A stretch of DNA of 64,000 nt, from the NCBI GenBank assembly GCA_965645245.1, contig OZ287075.1:1488001-1552000 (forward strand). The letters are read 5' to 3'. Position numbers and translations under genes: made by a program. The stretch is from Massalongia carnosa. Its lineage: Eukaryota. Positions 22,985 to 37,278 of this stretch are shown here, piece after piece; the first letter of the stretch is position 1, and every line of letters starts with the position of its first letter. The notes beneath the pieces are model-generated. The model was not told the DNA's origin. It did not search any database and worked only from the letters and a program-made list of their open reading frames with translations.

Positions 22985-25192
22985 TCACCAACTCTCCCAT
23001 TTTTGCCCTCCCATTGCAACCAGACGATTGAACAACTCATCCCGAAGCTGAATCGCCGTGAGCCTCCACACGTTTCCTTTACGATCTGAAATCTCCAAGC
23101 CATCTGCCACTGTCTTCCCCGTCGACCACCCAACCACTAATTTGGCCTTCCATCCAAGACCCCCGATTTTCTTCAGCTCCTTGATGTCCTGCACAGAGAT
23201 GCTGAATGCTACATCGGATCTCCCGGCATCCGCGATGCCGTTCCTCGCCGTTCGGGAAAAGGATACCGTGGGGACAGCGGTATTCGTGGAGATGAAAATC
23301 CATCCTTTGTTACCATGATAGCGGGCTCGGAAATCAACGGGCCCAGAAGGCGTCTGCTCACTTGGCTTGGGCAGGATGCCGAGATGGTTCTTGGCATGCG
23401 TAGATCCAGCCTTTGCTTTCAACTTGTCGATGCCTAATTTGGCTTCGACGCCTGTTTTGGTGGTTCCTTTGAAGAACCCAAGGATATGCTCGCCATGGCG
23501 GTGCTTAGGCTTCTCAGCCGCCGCTGCTTCCGAAGCGGCGGCTTCGGCAGGATCCTCGTGAATTGCCTCATGAATCTCGGAATCGGAAGCATCTAAGGTC
23601 AGATCATCGCCATTCAATGACTTCGGGCGAGTCGAAGGAGGCGTGTCAGTGGTCGGTGGCGGGGGCAAAGGCGCTTTGTTCGCTTCTCCAATGCGCAGAA
23701 GAGTGATGGCGAGTTGCGCGTTTGTAGGTACACCTTTCAATAAGGTACTAGTACGAGTCAGCCAGGTGCAATACTCACGTGTAGAATCTAACTTGCTTTC
23801 TGAGTTCGAGTAACTTTTGCCAATTTGGGAATTTTCTATTCAATAGGTCAAGCGCCCGCCTTGTTAATGGGTCGCCAAAAAAGCCAACACCAACTCCAAA
23901 CGTGGTACCTTTAACGACCATCTCAGAGGTGGTGAAAATTGAAATTGCAAGCACCGGCACGAGACAACCTGCTAGCCTCAGTCGAGGAGTGTCCTTTGGG
24001 AAAGGGGCTGTGGGAGATAAAGCGCTGGGGTCTTGATTAGTAAGGTGGTTGTGTAACAAAAAAAAGGGACTTACTTGGCAAACCGCTCCCAGCCGTCTGC
24101 AATGTCGCCTACCACATGCATGACAGGCCTCATCTTGGACCACATAGCCTCTTCCATAGGTTGCTTGGTTTTGTCATGATGAACATCAGGGGTACCACCA
24201 TTAGCCGATGCCTTAGCTTCAGCTCCAGCAGTAGCCATTCGAGTAGGGTCAGGAACAGACTTGTCTAAGGGGTCCGATTTCGGGTCCCCTTGTTCATGTT
24301 TTCCAGCAGCGCTGCTCAGGGCTATACTTCCAATTCCAGACACGAAATTGTGGGCTTCCTGCTCGACGGCCATTCCTTGGTGCTTCTCTGGTGCTCCTGT
24401 AGCGCTATCATGGCTACCCAGCACGCCAGCTATAGGAGACTGGACACCTCCGGTTTTTGAATCAACCAGCGCAAGGGGTGCTGGAGGGAAAAGAAAGGGA
24501 CGCAATGGTGGATACACGACCAACGCAATAAGGGTTATAATGAACGTAGGGACAATGAAATCGAATATCCATGCCAAAGTATATACCTATCTGAGGTGTC
24601 AACCCTAGGAATGCAGTATATTTCCACGTGGACTTACCGCGCAAAATGCAGCGGTCCGTCTAGGCTCACGCCATGATCGTAGCCTAGCAATATGCTTTCC
24701 AAAACCCATCAGCCCAATGATAACAGTCATGTATAGCCTTTCCACATTGCTCCGAAGCTTGTCTGGGGAAAATTCATCTTCATCGACAATGTTTAGATCC
24801 AGGCCTCCCAGGGGTATCTCCGATGTAGCCTTGACATGATACATTTGCTTGTTGAAACGTCTGATGAGCGTCCATAGCTCTTCATTTGGTAGACCACCCA
24901 CAAGAGGCGCTATGTACTTGGGGTCTTCAAACCAGCCTAGGTTCTTAACCTCCCCGCGGGAGGGCTTTTGTTGCGCAGCACCTCGTTCTTCATGTTCAGC
25001 GTTCGCCAAGGCATGGCTATCAGTAGGGGCATTTGAAAAAGAAGAAGTCGATGTGGGGGTGGTGAAAGGCGAGTTATTGAATGTAGAGGGACGCGTTGCG
25101 TCTAGATGGGTAATCTGGGAAGACTCGCGGTCCTTCAGCTCGGAATCTGGTATAGGACCGCCGTCCTTGAATACGTAACCGGGCATAGGCAT
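22985..25192 (-). CDS. DUF3292-like fungal membrane protein, multi-exon
   Basis: LVGGLPNEELWTLIRRFNKQMYHVK, DEFSPDKLRSNVERLY, RLRSWREPRRT, LKGVPTNAQLAITLLRIGE and C-terminal RDELFNRLVAMGGQKWESW. The family assignment is from memory. Confidence 0.8.
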
Positions 25193-25794
25193 CTTGACTG
25201 CATGTAATGATGCTAGAGATCTGTTAAACTATCTTCAATAATTTCTAAACTAACGCTTGAAAGAGGAAAATCAAGATCATACCGACGACGTCATGTGCCA
25301 AGCCATAATACTTGGCACGCTAGCTCGAGATTGTGCACGTGAGGTCACTTTGATGCTACACGCGACGATACACCTAACTGCTTTGAAGGAAGGCGTAAGG
25401 AAGAGGGGGTAGACATGCTCGAGAATATTTGAAACTAGGATCCAATGATCAGAGAGCCGTAGCGTGAAGATAGGCAGGTTGACTTTTGGTTAGCAAGAAA
25501 GCGCCTCAGTCAAAACAAAAGAATGACAGACGGAAAGCAAGGCTACGCCTGAAGAAAATATTGATTGGTTTATATTGGACTGATGCCGCATTTGAAAACC
25601 ATCGATTATTCCTACAATGCAAATCGGAAACAGCCGGCCGTCACTAAAGGAGTGAAGAAACCCCCTCGATTCCTCCCAAAAAAATTGCATGCAAAACTCA
25701 GTTTGACAAGCTGGGAAATAGTCATTGCTCAGCAGGATATTTGAGCGTAGCCGGGTATGAGTATAAGTTTTCCTTAGGCCCCCCTATCGACTCT

Positions 25795-27448
25795 TTACTT
25801 GAGCTCATCGAAGAATCGTCGAAGGCCTTCAAGCTCAGCGCCATCAATATTCTCAGCTTTACCATCAGTCTGCTTAGTGGGAATGTGAAGTTGATTGGCG
25901 ATGTCGGTGAAATTGGATGATCCACCGCCGTTCCAAGCAAGAATCTAAGAACGTATTAGCATATTGCTAAGTCCTCCGATTGGGCCGAATAATAGAACTT
26001 ACATTTTTGGTGTTCTTTGGAACATCAGTAAGACTATCCTGCGTCGCAACAGATAGGAGAGTATTCTTAAGCTGCTTGGGTGTGATATCTGCAACAGCGT
26101 ATGCAGAGTCTTTGGCTGGCTGTAGGGAAAGGAAGTAGGCTAAAAGCCCGGCAATATGGGGAGACGCCATAGATGTACCTGAGATTGTATTGGTGGCATA
26201 TTTGGTCCCCTTCCATGCAGATAAAATATTAAGGCCCGGAGCAAAGATGTCGTTGCACTCTCCGTAATTCGAAAAGTAGGCCCGCTCATCTGCAAGTGTC
26301 GATGCGCCGACCGTGACGGCCTTTTCAGCTGCCGCGGGAGAGTACCGGCACGAGTCGAAATTGTCGTTACCTGCGGCCACAGCAAAATGAATGCCAGCAT
26401 CAACCGCTGCATTGACAGCAAGGTCCAGAGCTACAGACTTGCCACCACCAAGGCTCATGTTTGCGGCGCTTCCTTTGAATCCTTTTCTGCCCTTACCATC
26501 CTTTGCAGCCTTGACCTGTTCAGCATGACGATTTACGGCCCATTCGACTCCTTTGACAACATCTGACATTGTGCCTGAGCCATTAGTTCCTAGAACCTTT
26601 ACAGCATAGATATTTGCCTTTTTGGCAACGCCGTACTTCTTTCCAGCTATAGTGCCTGAGCAGTGAGTGCCGTGGCCATTGCCATCGATGTCCTCATCGT
26701 TGGAAGGAATGGTCTTCCCCCAGTTCGCCCGCCCTTCGAAATCGACATGTTCGATGTTGGCCCCTGTATCAATAACATAGACATCAACGCCTTCCCCACC
26801 ATCAGTAGAATACAGATATTTGCTGAATGTCCCTAAGGTCAAACTGTCTCGGTGAGATATTCTAGCCAGCCCCCAAGGAGCGTTTCTTTCAAGTCCAATA
26901 TTCTCCATGGTGTGAACCTCGGAGTCTTTTTCGATGAACGCGACCTATTATCATGACACAGATTAGTTCATGTTCTGTTTTACAATCCGCAGCCAATGAT
27001 GTGAAATCGGAAATCGACAAGAGCAGAATATGTCACGTGTGCAGATAAGAGATAAGCGATGATAAATACGGTTGCCTACATCAGGATGATAGCGAACTCT
27101 CTCGATAACGTCTTCATCGAAATGACCTGAATACCCAAGGATAGATCCAGCGATGTTAAAGGTATGTCGCAAGCCACCGAAGACAGAGATTGGTATTTGA
27201 GATCTTTTCTGCAAGTCCCTTTTTGCACTCTCGACTTCGACATGCTGCATCTGTACCCATTTGTGGTGCTCATCGATAGTTGCATGCGAGACTTCTTTCT
27301 TAAACACGATTATGTACGAGTCAGAAATGGTTTTTGATTCTGATGACGAGAGAAGCGGAGCTGCTTCATTATGGATGGTGTCAACACCGAAGATGGGGGA
27401 GGCAGATGCCAATAGTGGCACAAGCGCCAGGGTGACAAGTCCCTTCAT
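25795..27448 (-). CDS. PRB1: Vacuolar subtilisin-like serine protease (proteinase B/Alp2 type), 3 exons
   Basis: Signal peptide, I9 propeptide, APWGLARISHR, and catalytic triad motifs VIDTG, HGTHCSGT and SGTSMASPH. The last exon ILAWNGGG..DELK* ends at 25795. Confidence 0.93.
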
Positions 27449-28115
27449 GGCAGCAAGAAGTGTTTGAGGTCGATGGCACGTTATGGGGATGAGAAAGAAT
27501 GAATTGTTGATGATGAATCAAGGATGGAACAGGATGGAGAGATGGAAAAGGGATAGAGAAAAGATGGAAATGTAGGTAGTAGGTGTTAGTAGTAGCTGAT
27601 AAGAACACAGGAGAAGACGAGCTTGGTGGTCCGTATGACATGATTAACTTGTTAGGCAACGCAACCGCGGAGCAACCGGCATCCACGGACTGAATTTCCG
27701 AGACACACTAGCTTCTTTAGTGTATCTAGTTGTTTTAGCGCCATTTTCCACCTCTCACCTCCCGCTTCTGGCTTGAAGGTAGATAAACTTGCATAGTGGA
27801 ACTGCTCGAGATCAGAGATGCTGTCGATGCGTGGTACCTAGGTACTCTTGCATTTGGATGATACTCGACAAGATCATAAATCAACGGTGTTTGTTTCGGG
27901 ACGTGAGATTGGCCTGCCTGTAGTAGGTTTAACAAGGTATCGAGAAGTCCATCATAAGAAAGGTGCGCCCTAACTATCAATGACAAGCTTGGTGCAAACA
28001 GATTTGGGGTTGGGATACCCAAAGGTAGCCTTTCGTCTGCTGGGTCAACGTTCATTTCACTTCATGATGGGAGAAAAAATATAAAGTTGATGGGATTGAT
28101 GCGCGGATTCTTAAA
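27449..28115. promoter_or_regulatory. Divergent promoter shared by PRB1 and BPH1
   Basis: Head-to-head ATGs separated by 667 bp. Confidence 0.6.
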
Positions 28116-31100
28116 ATGGCACCGACGCGCTTGAGGCGAAGTGTCTCTTCATCACATGCCTCTGAAGCGGGAGTAGCAGAGCTTCAGAAGCAACTCAGGA
28201 CTCTCACGGAAGATACTTCAAGAGTTGACAACAAAGCAGGCTCTTCGAACATGCAGAAAAAACTGCATGCTGGGCATTGCATCAGGCAATCACTTTTGGA
28301 CAGCTCAAATGCAGGCCACTTCAGAGACGCTTTCCGACACATCGATGGCTTTGAGGCAGTCATCGTAGCTTTAGAACATGCTTCAAAGGACTACGTGTTC
28401 AATCAAAGCAAAACCGAAGAGACTCGAGTCCTCCTAGGTTTGCTGCAAGTACTACTTAGTATTTTGTCCGCTGCTCTCCAAGAGCACAAGGGAAACCAAA
28501 GGTACTTCACGCAACGTATTGATGGAGGAGGTTGGAAGGTCTTAGAGAAATGTTGTAAATCGCTGCTTCTGTGTGGCCAGACGACTGACATTCCTATTTT
28601 GGAAGCTGTGATTGAGCCGCTCTTTGGGGGTCTATTGTCTTGCGCTTTGGTAGATGAACATATGGTCGGGTTCTTTGGGAGGTTGAAACGACATATCCAT
28701 GGTGCTCGAAACCATGACTATTTTTCCGGCGATTCGAAAAACTCCTCTAACCTAACAGATCTCTCATCAAATGGCACTTCTAATGCTCCAGAAAGCAATC
28801 AGGAAACCGCCTCAATCATTCGTGAGTTTGTTATCAAAGAAACCGACTCTTTGACAGTGGTATACAACCCGGAAGCAACGGCGGTGATGCTCGATTTGTG
28901 GAAGACCCTGCGAATCACATCAGTCCAAGGGAGCCAATCGCAGGATCATCTCGCTCACATTTTTTCAGGGGTTCCGAGTGTGTTAAGTCGCCTTGCTGCC
29001 CTATCGACACATAACTTACTTGCACTTCACAGCTCAGGGCTACTGAGTATTGTAATATCCTACTTAATTGCTTCATCGTCATCTTCAAGCACCGTCCCGA
29101 ATATAGACCTTTGCAATCTTACCGTTACACTTTTACAATTAGGCGTTACGAGGCTGGATGAGGCTCACGAACTTTTCCGTAATGCCAACTCTTCTCCACT
29201 GATTGCAAATACTCTACTTCTTTCGTTGAAAAACTCTCATTCCCCTCCGTACATCCATTTTGACCTCTCCTTGCACGGTTTTTCTTCCATAGAGATTCCT
29301 AACTTGGGCCAAGGTTTTCCACCGCTTCCGCCTAGTGCTGGATATACTTTGCTACTTTGGATTTTCGTCGTCAACTATGATTCCAATGCACATACTACCT
29401 TGTTTGGTGCATTTGATTCTAGCCAGACATGTTTTGTGCTCCTTTACTTGGAGAAGGATACGCGTAACCTGATACTTCAAACTTCAGTGACTTCGTCCAG
29501 ACCTAGTGTTCGCTTTAAATCAACGACTTTTGTTCCACAACGTTGGTATCATATCTCTATTGCGCATCGACGGGCTAAGGCTATGTCTTCTTCCAGAGCT
29601 TCACTGTTCGTTAACGGCGAGTTCGTTGAGCAAGTCAAATCACATTATCCTGCGTCGCCTTGGTTAATCAAACCAACCATAGAGGAATCGGGCCCACATC
29701 CAAGCAATCGAGCAAGCAATCCTATACAAGCATTTCTTGGTACCCCACAAGATCTTGCTTCGCGGCTGGGTAGGGGATTGGTATCCTCACAATGGCGGCT
29801 AGCATCCGCTCACCTAGTAGGAGACTTGCTGAGCGATGATCTAATAGCTGTTTATCATCAACTCGGTCCTAGGTACAATGGAAATTATCAGGACTGCTTA
29901 GGCTCCTTTCAGACTTATCGGGCGTCCGCTGCGCTGAATCTTCGTAATGAATGTCTCCACCCCGGGAAGGAAGAGAAATCAGATATTATTACCGCTATAA
30001 GATCAAAAGCTAGTTGTCTCCTCCCGGAATACAAATTTTTACTCAATATTTCCCCAACCGCCGTGCTGGACGATGAGGACCAGAATTATCTTGATGAAAG
30101 TCAACTTATCAAATACTTATCCAAATTAGCAATGAAGAATTTCCAAAACATAACACGTGGAGGCCGGAACGCCTTGGCTATAAATGGATCGATCCCATCC
30201 ATAAATGAAGCGTTACTACATCCCTCTGGTTTTGCTGTCCTCACCGGAGACCCTGCAGTAATAATACCCCAGTCACTCGATGACACAGCATGGCGGATTG
30301 GAGGATGTGCGGCTGTTTGTCTAGCGCTTCTTGAGGCTGCTCATACGAGTGATGCTGTAGTTCGGGCTTTAAAAATACTCTTTGAATCTATAAAAGAGAG
30401 CTGGCGGAACAGCGAGGCCATGGAAAGAGAGAATGGATTTGGAGTCCTTGCCAACCTCCTCGTCGCTAAATTAAGACCAGGAAATTTTAAAATGGTCAAT
30501 GGAACTCAATCGCCGTCTGCGGGTATTCATGGTGATCTCCGAAGCTCAGAAATACTGTCCATGGAAGTTCTCGCCTTGGTCCTTAAATTCGTAGGTTATC
30601 GGGTGGAGAAGCCCGAAGACTCTGTTCTTGATAATCCTTTGGCTTACCGAGTTTTACTTGTTGACCTTGATATCTGGCGAGCCGCCGCACCTTCGGTGCA
30701 GGAATTATACTACGAGCAGTTCACAATTTTTGGGGTTAACAGCAAATATCATCAATTCAATATAAAGCGATTGTCAAGAATGCGTTGGTGATACACCGAT
30801 CACACAGGGCAAACAGAATGCTAAAATTTTCTAATAGGGATTGTTAAAAAATGGCTAGATGCGCTTAAAGGCGAAACATTCCACCCCGAAACTTTCGGAT
30901 TTTTCATCAAAGCATTCAAGTCCATGCTGACAACCAACCTATCTGCAGAGTCTCTACGTGCCCTAGCATTATATATTACCTACGCGCTTCATAAGCCGAA
31001 GCAGAAATTGCTGCTGGCCATGCGACCTACGAGAAGCGTAAAGCAAAAGACAGGTGGACCCTCTCGCCGAGCAACAGTATCGACTGCTTCACCAAGCCTC

Positions 31101-34100
31101 ATAAGATACAGTGATAGCGTAGGTGATTTGACCCGCTCGCAAATCGCTCTCAAGGTAATGGGTATGTACACTGATCTGCTTTGCACGAAAGATGATGTCA
31201 CGAACATCAAGAAATTCGCCAGAATTGTAACCAATAAGGTGAAAGCATAATTCTGCAAGCAATAAAGCCCTTGCTAATATTAAAAGTGGCTTCTCCATCT
31301 CTTCGCCGATGATGAAGCGGCAATAGTTATTCTAGCAGCAAGAATCCTCGCTCGCCTGCTTGTCGTCAATGGCCCTGCTTATATGAAGAAATTTGCCGAG
31401 AAAACTGGTGGCATTGTAATTATGCAACATCGTCTGAAGCGTTGGTGGAACATACCAATAATTTGGCCAATATGCTTCGCAGTTATGTTTGGTCAAGACA
31501 TCGCAATTTTAAGCTTGAAAAAACCCTTTGACGTTTTTAGTCTCCTGGAAAGCTTAACCTTAGAAGGTCAACTGAAAGTTGTTTATTCCGAAATTCTACC
31601 TGTAATCATGGCGATGCTTCAAAGTGGCCTGAAAGCTGTTGCAACACAGCAAAATGATACTGAGTCACCTTCAGCTGAGAGAACCAATGAAAGTGGTTAT
31701 TTAGTGAACGAGGGCATGACACTATCAGGGTCCCAGCAGAAGCATTTTATGTCTCTAAATACAGAGCTTGATGTAACGGGTATGTGAATTTTTAACATGT
31801 ATTCTAGAGGCTGTCTAACATAGATTAGACACAGTCCGATCTCACCAGGAGCGTCTTACAGAGTCGACTTTAACGTTACGCACCGTGATTCGATTCCTTG
31901 CAGATATACATACCAAATCGCAGTCATTTCGAGATTTTGCTATCACTTCTAATTACGTGCAGGAGTTATTTTTTGTTCTCTTTCCGACTGTCGTAAACGC
32001 GGATGCTGTTAGTCCAGAAACCGAACTTCATTCTAGAGATTCTACCTTAACGTTTAATGATGTCAACGTTCTCATCAGGCCACTCTCCCAAGCTTCAACT
32101 AAGAGCACCTCGATCATCAGAAAGACCTCTACCCAAACCTCGACTTTGAAGTCTACCCGGACGCAGCTGCCAAAGCGAATGTCCTCATATATACTTGTCT
32201 CTTCAGACCAATCTCAGAACATGCCTTCTGGCTCAAGATTTCAGCCTACTCTGATGCTGCCCAGTAAAAAACCAAATGTATTACTAAAAAATAGTAGCTC
32301 GATTGTGGAAGAGCTATTGAAAATCATCATGGCTGTTTTTTCTGATCAAATTTTCTCAAGAAAGGATTTTCTGGGATTTGGATTGTTCATGAGAGTTCCT
32401 CCAGGCTCTCAGGAACATCAGGCCTGTTTTGAATCATTTATCCTTCGTAACTCACTCTCTCATCTTGAGAATACTGTAAAGTTGGACCAAAAACTACTAT
32501 GGGAGCCTCGAGTCTTGACTAATCTAGCTCGATTTGCCGGGCATCTGGGCGAGTCGTTATATGAAGGGTGGTTCATAGATGGTGCTGAACCTGTATTAAA
32601 TTTCCTTGCTAGCATCTTGGAGTATCTCCAACTCCCAGATGTTCAGAACATAAAGAGTGTAAGACTGTGCAGCCACCTCGTCTCCACAATCAGCTCTGTT
32701 CTACTGCGGGTAGTTCTACTTAGATTATCCGAGTTGGATGAATCGACCCCCGGAACAGACACAATTTTATTTTTGAACAGATTAGCCTATTGGCAAACTG
32801 TTCTTTTATCTACAGATTATACTCATGAATCATTTCTTAAGCTGCTATGCTATTTGCTATACATTAGGCTGACTAGCGATTATGACCCAGTAAGGATGGC
32901 TTCTGCAAATCTGTGGCGCATGCTACTTGTACAAAAGTCTGATGAGATTTCCGATATCCTTTATGAGGCCCTGCCAACGATTGACCCTCATCTAACCCAG
33001 GGCTTCAAGAAGTTAATGGAACTTGATAACGAGAGTTTTCTTGCCTGGGTTGATGATAACCGAGAAGGCCTTGATGATATATTCTTCGGTGGTTTGTCAA
33101 AATCTTGGGAAGGGTTTGTGAGTAATGAAAATTCTAAAACCGAGGAGATCTCTAAAGCCAGAATCGATAAAAGAAGAGAGAAACTGAGGCTCTGGTTGTC
33201 TGGGAATCTCGTTAATGATGATATTCTCCAACGTCATGAGGTTAGCTCCGATCATTGGAGGTCGAATATTTACGCTTCAGAGCATCTGAAGCGGCAGCGA
33301 GCATTACAAGATCAGCAAGATAACCAAGTGTTTAATGGCTTAACATGGGAGAAAATGAGCAAAGGCCTACATCGACCTTGTGGTCTTCTCGACGACTTTA
33401 GCACCTCGAGATGGTATCTTGACCAGACCGAAGGGCGAAACAGAATGAGGATTCGGTTCATTCCTGATAATAATGTCACTTCAAATGAGTATAAACCAAA
33501 GCAGAAACACCCCCAAAGTCTAAGAAGTCATCGTCCTAGCATTGGAGCTCAATCGAGTGGGCCTGCAAAAGGAGAGCAGCCAGTGTCAGATGACCCCCAT
33601 GCCCCAGCCCTAACTAAAGACATCGAAAATGTGCCAACTGCAGTGGCAGCCGGGTCTCCAGATACTTTAGACGATGCGATTGATCAAGAAGATGACTTTG
33701 AAATGGTAAGCGATCCACGAGAGGAAATAGACGACTACGAAGATAAAAATCGAAAAGTTATGCGAAGCCTTCAACGGGGTGATCAGGTCGAGCATGTTCA
33801 AAACGTTTCTCGAGTCATTGGGCTAGAAGCATGCGAAGGTCTTCTGATTCTTGGCAAAGCTTATTTTTACCTCCTTGACGACCTCTTCCAGCGCTCCGAC
33901 GGTGAAATCATTAATGTTGGGCAGGCGCCTCAAGAAGAACGTGATCCCTATCTTCAAATGATATCTGGGCGGGAAGCGAGAGACCGAAGGGATTCGCCCA
34001 TTACCACTGGTCATGAAACCCGCAACTGGCGCTGGGATGAGGTTCTTAGTATCTCTAAACGTCGTTTTCTATTTCGCGACGTTGCTATTGAGGTATTTTT

Positions 34101-36390
34101 TGTTGATGGGCGCAGCTATCTGCTGATTACAAATACTCCTAAGCTACGTGACGAGCTATATCAGAAGCTTGTCAATAAGGCACCAAACGCAGGTGACCGT
34201 ACATATGTTAACCCTGAAGACTCGTGGAGAATGGATTCTATTCGCAACCCTGATGAAAACCCGCAAACATTTAGTGCCAGATTTACCAGTGTGTTTGCTC
34301 AGAATTTATCGAACCCTGCTACTCGAAAATGGATCAAGGGCGATCTCTCGAATTTTCACTATCTCATGTTGATCAACACAATGGCCGGTCGAACCTTCAA
34401 TGATTTAACCCAGTATCCCGTTTTTCCTTGGGTATTAGCGGATTATACAAGCAAGGAACTAGATCTATCAAACGCGCGAAGCTTTCGAGATCTATCAAAG
34501 CCCATGGGGTGCCAGACTCCTCAGAGGCAGGCAGAGTTCAAGTCCCGCTATCAGTCTTTTGCCGAAATGGGGGATCATAACTCACCTGCTTTTCACTATG
34601 GAACACACTACTCTTCAGCAATGATTGTCTCGTCTTACCTAATCCGAATTCAACCATTTGTACAGTCATATCTGCTTCTTCAAGGGGGCAGCTTCGATCA
34701 TCCCGATCGACTATTTTATTCCGTTGAAAAAGCTTGGACTTCAGCTTCAAATGAAAACATGACCGACGTCAGGGAGCTGATTCCCGAATTTTACTATCTG
34801 CCTGAATTTTTATTAAATTCGAACGGTTACGACTTTGGAACACGTCAAGGTGATGGGGGTAAAATCGATACAGTGGCCCTTCCGCCTTGGGCTAAAGGAG
34901 ACCCGAAGATTTTTATTGCCAAGCATCGAGAAGCACTTGAAAGTGATTACGTTAGCCGACATCTTCATCGCTGGATTGACTTGGTTTTTGGCTACAAGCA
35001 ACGCGGGGAAGCTGCTTTAGAGGCCACAAATGTTTTCCATCATCTATCTTATCATGGGGCAAAGGATCTTGAAACAATCGATGACCCTGTGGAACGACTC
35101 GCGACGATAGGCATTATCCACAACTTTGGACAAACACCCCATCAAGTATTCCAACGCGGTCATCCGCAGCGAGAAGAATCGAAGCATAAGACAAAAAGAT
35201 TAGACATTATTGCCGAAAGTTTGACTCGTCTTCCATTTCCGCTTTTAGGTAAGTTACTTCGAATGTATATTAGCCAATGCTCATTGTTTTAGAGGGCCAT
35301 GTTCGCGTCTCGTCAATGGTGTATTCCCGGAAACACGATCGATTACTCTCCTCGGGTGGATTTAGGCTCAATTTAGGTCCAACATTTGACAAGTATATGG
35401 AGTGGGGCTTTATTGATGGTGGCGTGAGATTTTACGCAGCTGATACGAAGAAGGTATTATGTTTCGTTGGAAAATTCAGGCTTTCAATTGTCTAACTTAG
35501 TTTACAGCTTATCGGCCTATTCGAGCATATTCATCAGGGGCAGCTCTCATGTGCCATCTTCGCCGATTCGAAAACGCTTATCACCGCTGGTACAGACTGC
35601 ACCGTCTCTGTCTGGACCGTACTTGCTACTCTCAAATCGGTGGATTTGCAGCCAAAGGTGTGCTTCTTCGGGCACACCTCTTCTGTCACCACATTGGCAG
35701 TCTCTAGATCATTCAGAGCCCTTTTATCTGCATCTTCTGATGGCCAGGTGTTGCTATGGGACCTTAATCGCTTAGATTTGGTGCGAAAACTTCCTCTAGG
35801 TGGACGTGTGGAGGTAAAAGACGAACCACCTAATTATTCTGCTAAATTCAATGCTGATCAGCTGGCAGTGCGCTCGAATTAACGACGTGACCGGCACGAT
35901 CATGCTCTGTCGGGGCCGCTTGGTATCACTGTACACCCTGAATGGTGAACCAATCTTGGAGCAAAACGTGTGTGTAGAAGGCGACGATAACATTGTCTCG
36001 TGTGCTTTTTACGAGGGATTTGGTAGTGAGTATCTGGAGAGAGATCTTATCTTTACCGGACACAAGAAAGGGGTTGTCAATGTAATACTCGCAAGTAACC
36101 CCAAAATGAAGTTGGAGGGCACTAATCCTGATGTAGATATGGAACCAAACGATTTTGGACGGCGCTTTCGCCCTCGAGCATGTGAAACGGATGCACCATC
36201 TCGACCAGGCGGGATTCAATGTGAGTGCAGCGATGACTTGTATTTTACCAATGGCACAGACGGTGTATACTGGAGACCAGGACGGGCGAGTTGTAAGTAC
36301 TTTTGGGGGAGCTATTTACCGCTATTGTAGCAGCTGATCCTGCTTTAGTATGAATGGGACTGCATCCAACGGCATGATGGGCGGCAATGA
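28116..36390 (+). CDS. BPH1: Beige/BEACH domain protein with ConA-like, PH, BEACH and WD40 regions, multi-exon
   Basis: RRFLFRDVAIEVFF (PH); SNFHYLMLINTMAGRTFNDLTQYPVFPWV, HYGTHYSS, DVRELIPEFYY, WIDLVFGYKQRG and NFGQTPHQ (BEACH); C-terminal WD40 exons. Confidence 0.93.
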
Positions 36391-37278
36391 GGGCATTTGA
36401 AAGAGAAGGAAAAGTATGCTTGTCTAGAGTATGGGTTCGAGTGCTGGGGGGTCCAGTCATATTCCATAACGTTCCTAAGAGCTCAAAAAGTGTCTCTCTA
36501 CCTCTTATGTGCCCTTGCTAGAATTTTGTAGGAAACAATATGTATGAAAGTTTTTTTTTGGAATATTCTCCTCCGCTCCGTCCTAAAGGTCTGGCGGTGG
36601 TGGAGTCTCGTGACGGAAAAGGTATCTCTTTTCGATTTAGCGTCTTAGGCAAGACGGCCGCTAATTCCGCCCGCTGTCTTCAGCACGTCAGCCTTCGTAT
36701 GATTACGTAAGGATCTCTGTCAAATGCCTGTGCTTCGCTGGTTCGAACCACCAAGTCCCTACGTACCTAACTACGCCTAACATTGGTGGATGCGCTGCCC
36801 AAAGCCTTCACTCAACCTGCGCGGATCCTAAAATCATCACAACCTCATCGCTATTGCATAACCTTATTTCACAAATCCGTGCGCTGCACATCCGCCATAC
36901 TCCAGCCTTGTCTGTCTCTACGCCTCACCCTTCTCGGCTGCGCCCGCCCTGTGTTGTCGAGTATGACAAAAGAATTTCGGGAAAATAGAGAATCGCTCAT
37001 TGGGCTGGCCCTGGCCATCGCATTAGATATCTGAAAACTTCCTATAGGCGTACGTCTCTGCCGATTTTCTACGTGCAAAGCACTTGTATGGGCCGACCGC
37101 ATCTGACCAAGTCTTCGAGAAGCAGCAAAACCTTGGCATGGGACCTCACCTATCATTTAGCTGAGCATCATTGATTTTTGCTGGAGTTTATGTTCTAGCT
37201 AATGTACGTGGAGAGTCGGAAGCACCTTGCTAGCTGGCTGACCTTACAGTTCCGGTACTCATTTTTGACAGACTCGAC

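Noticed and set aside
36730..36760. GGTTCGAA T-loop-like sequence (also at ~42931)
   Set aside because: The flanks do not fold into a tRNA cloverleaf.
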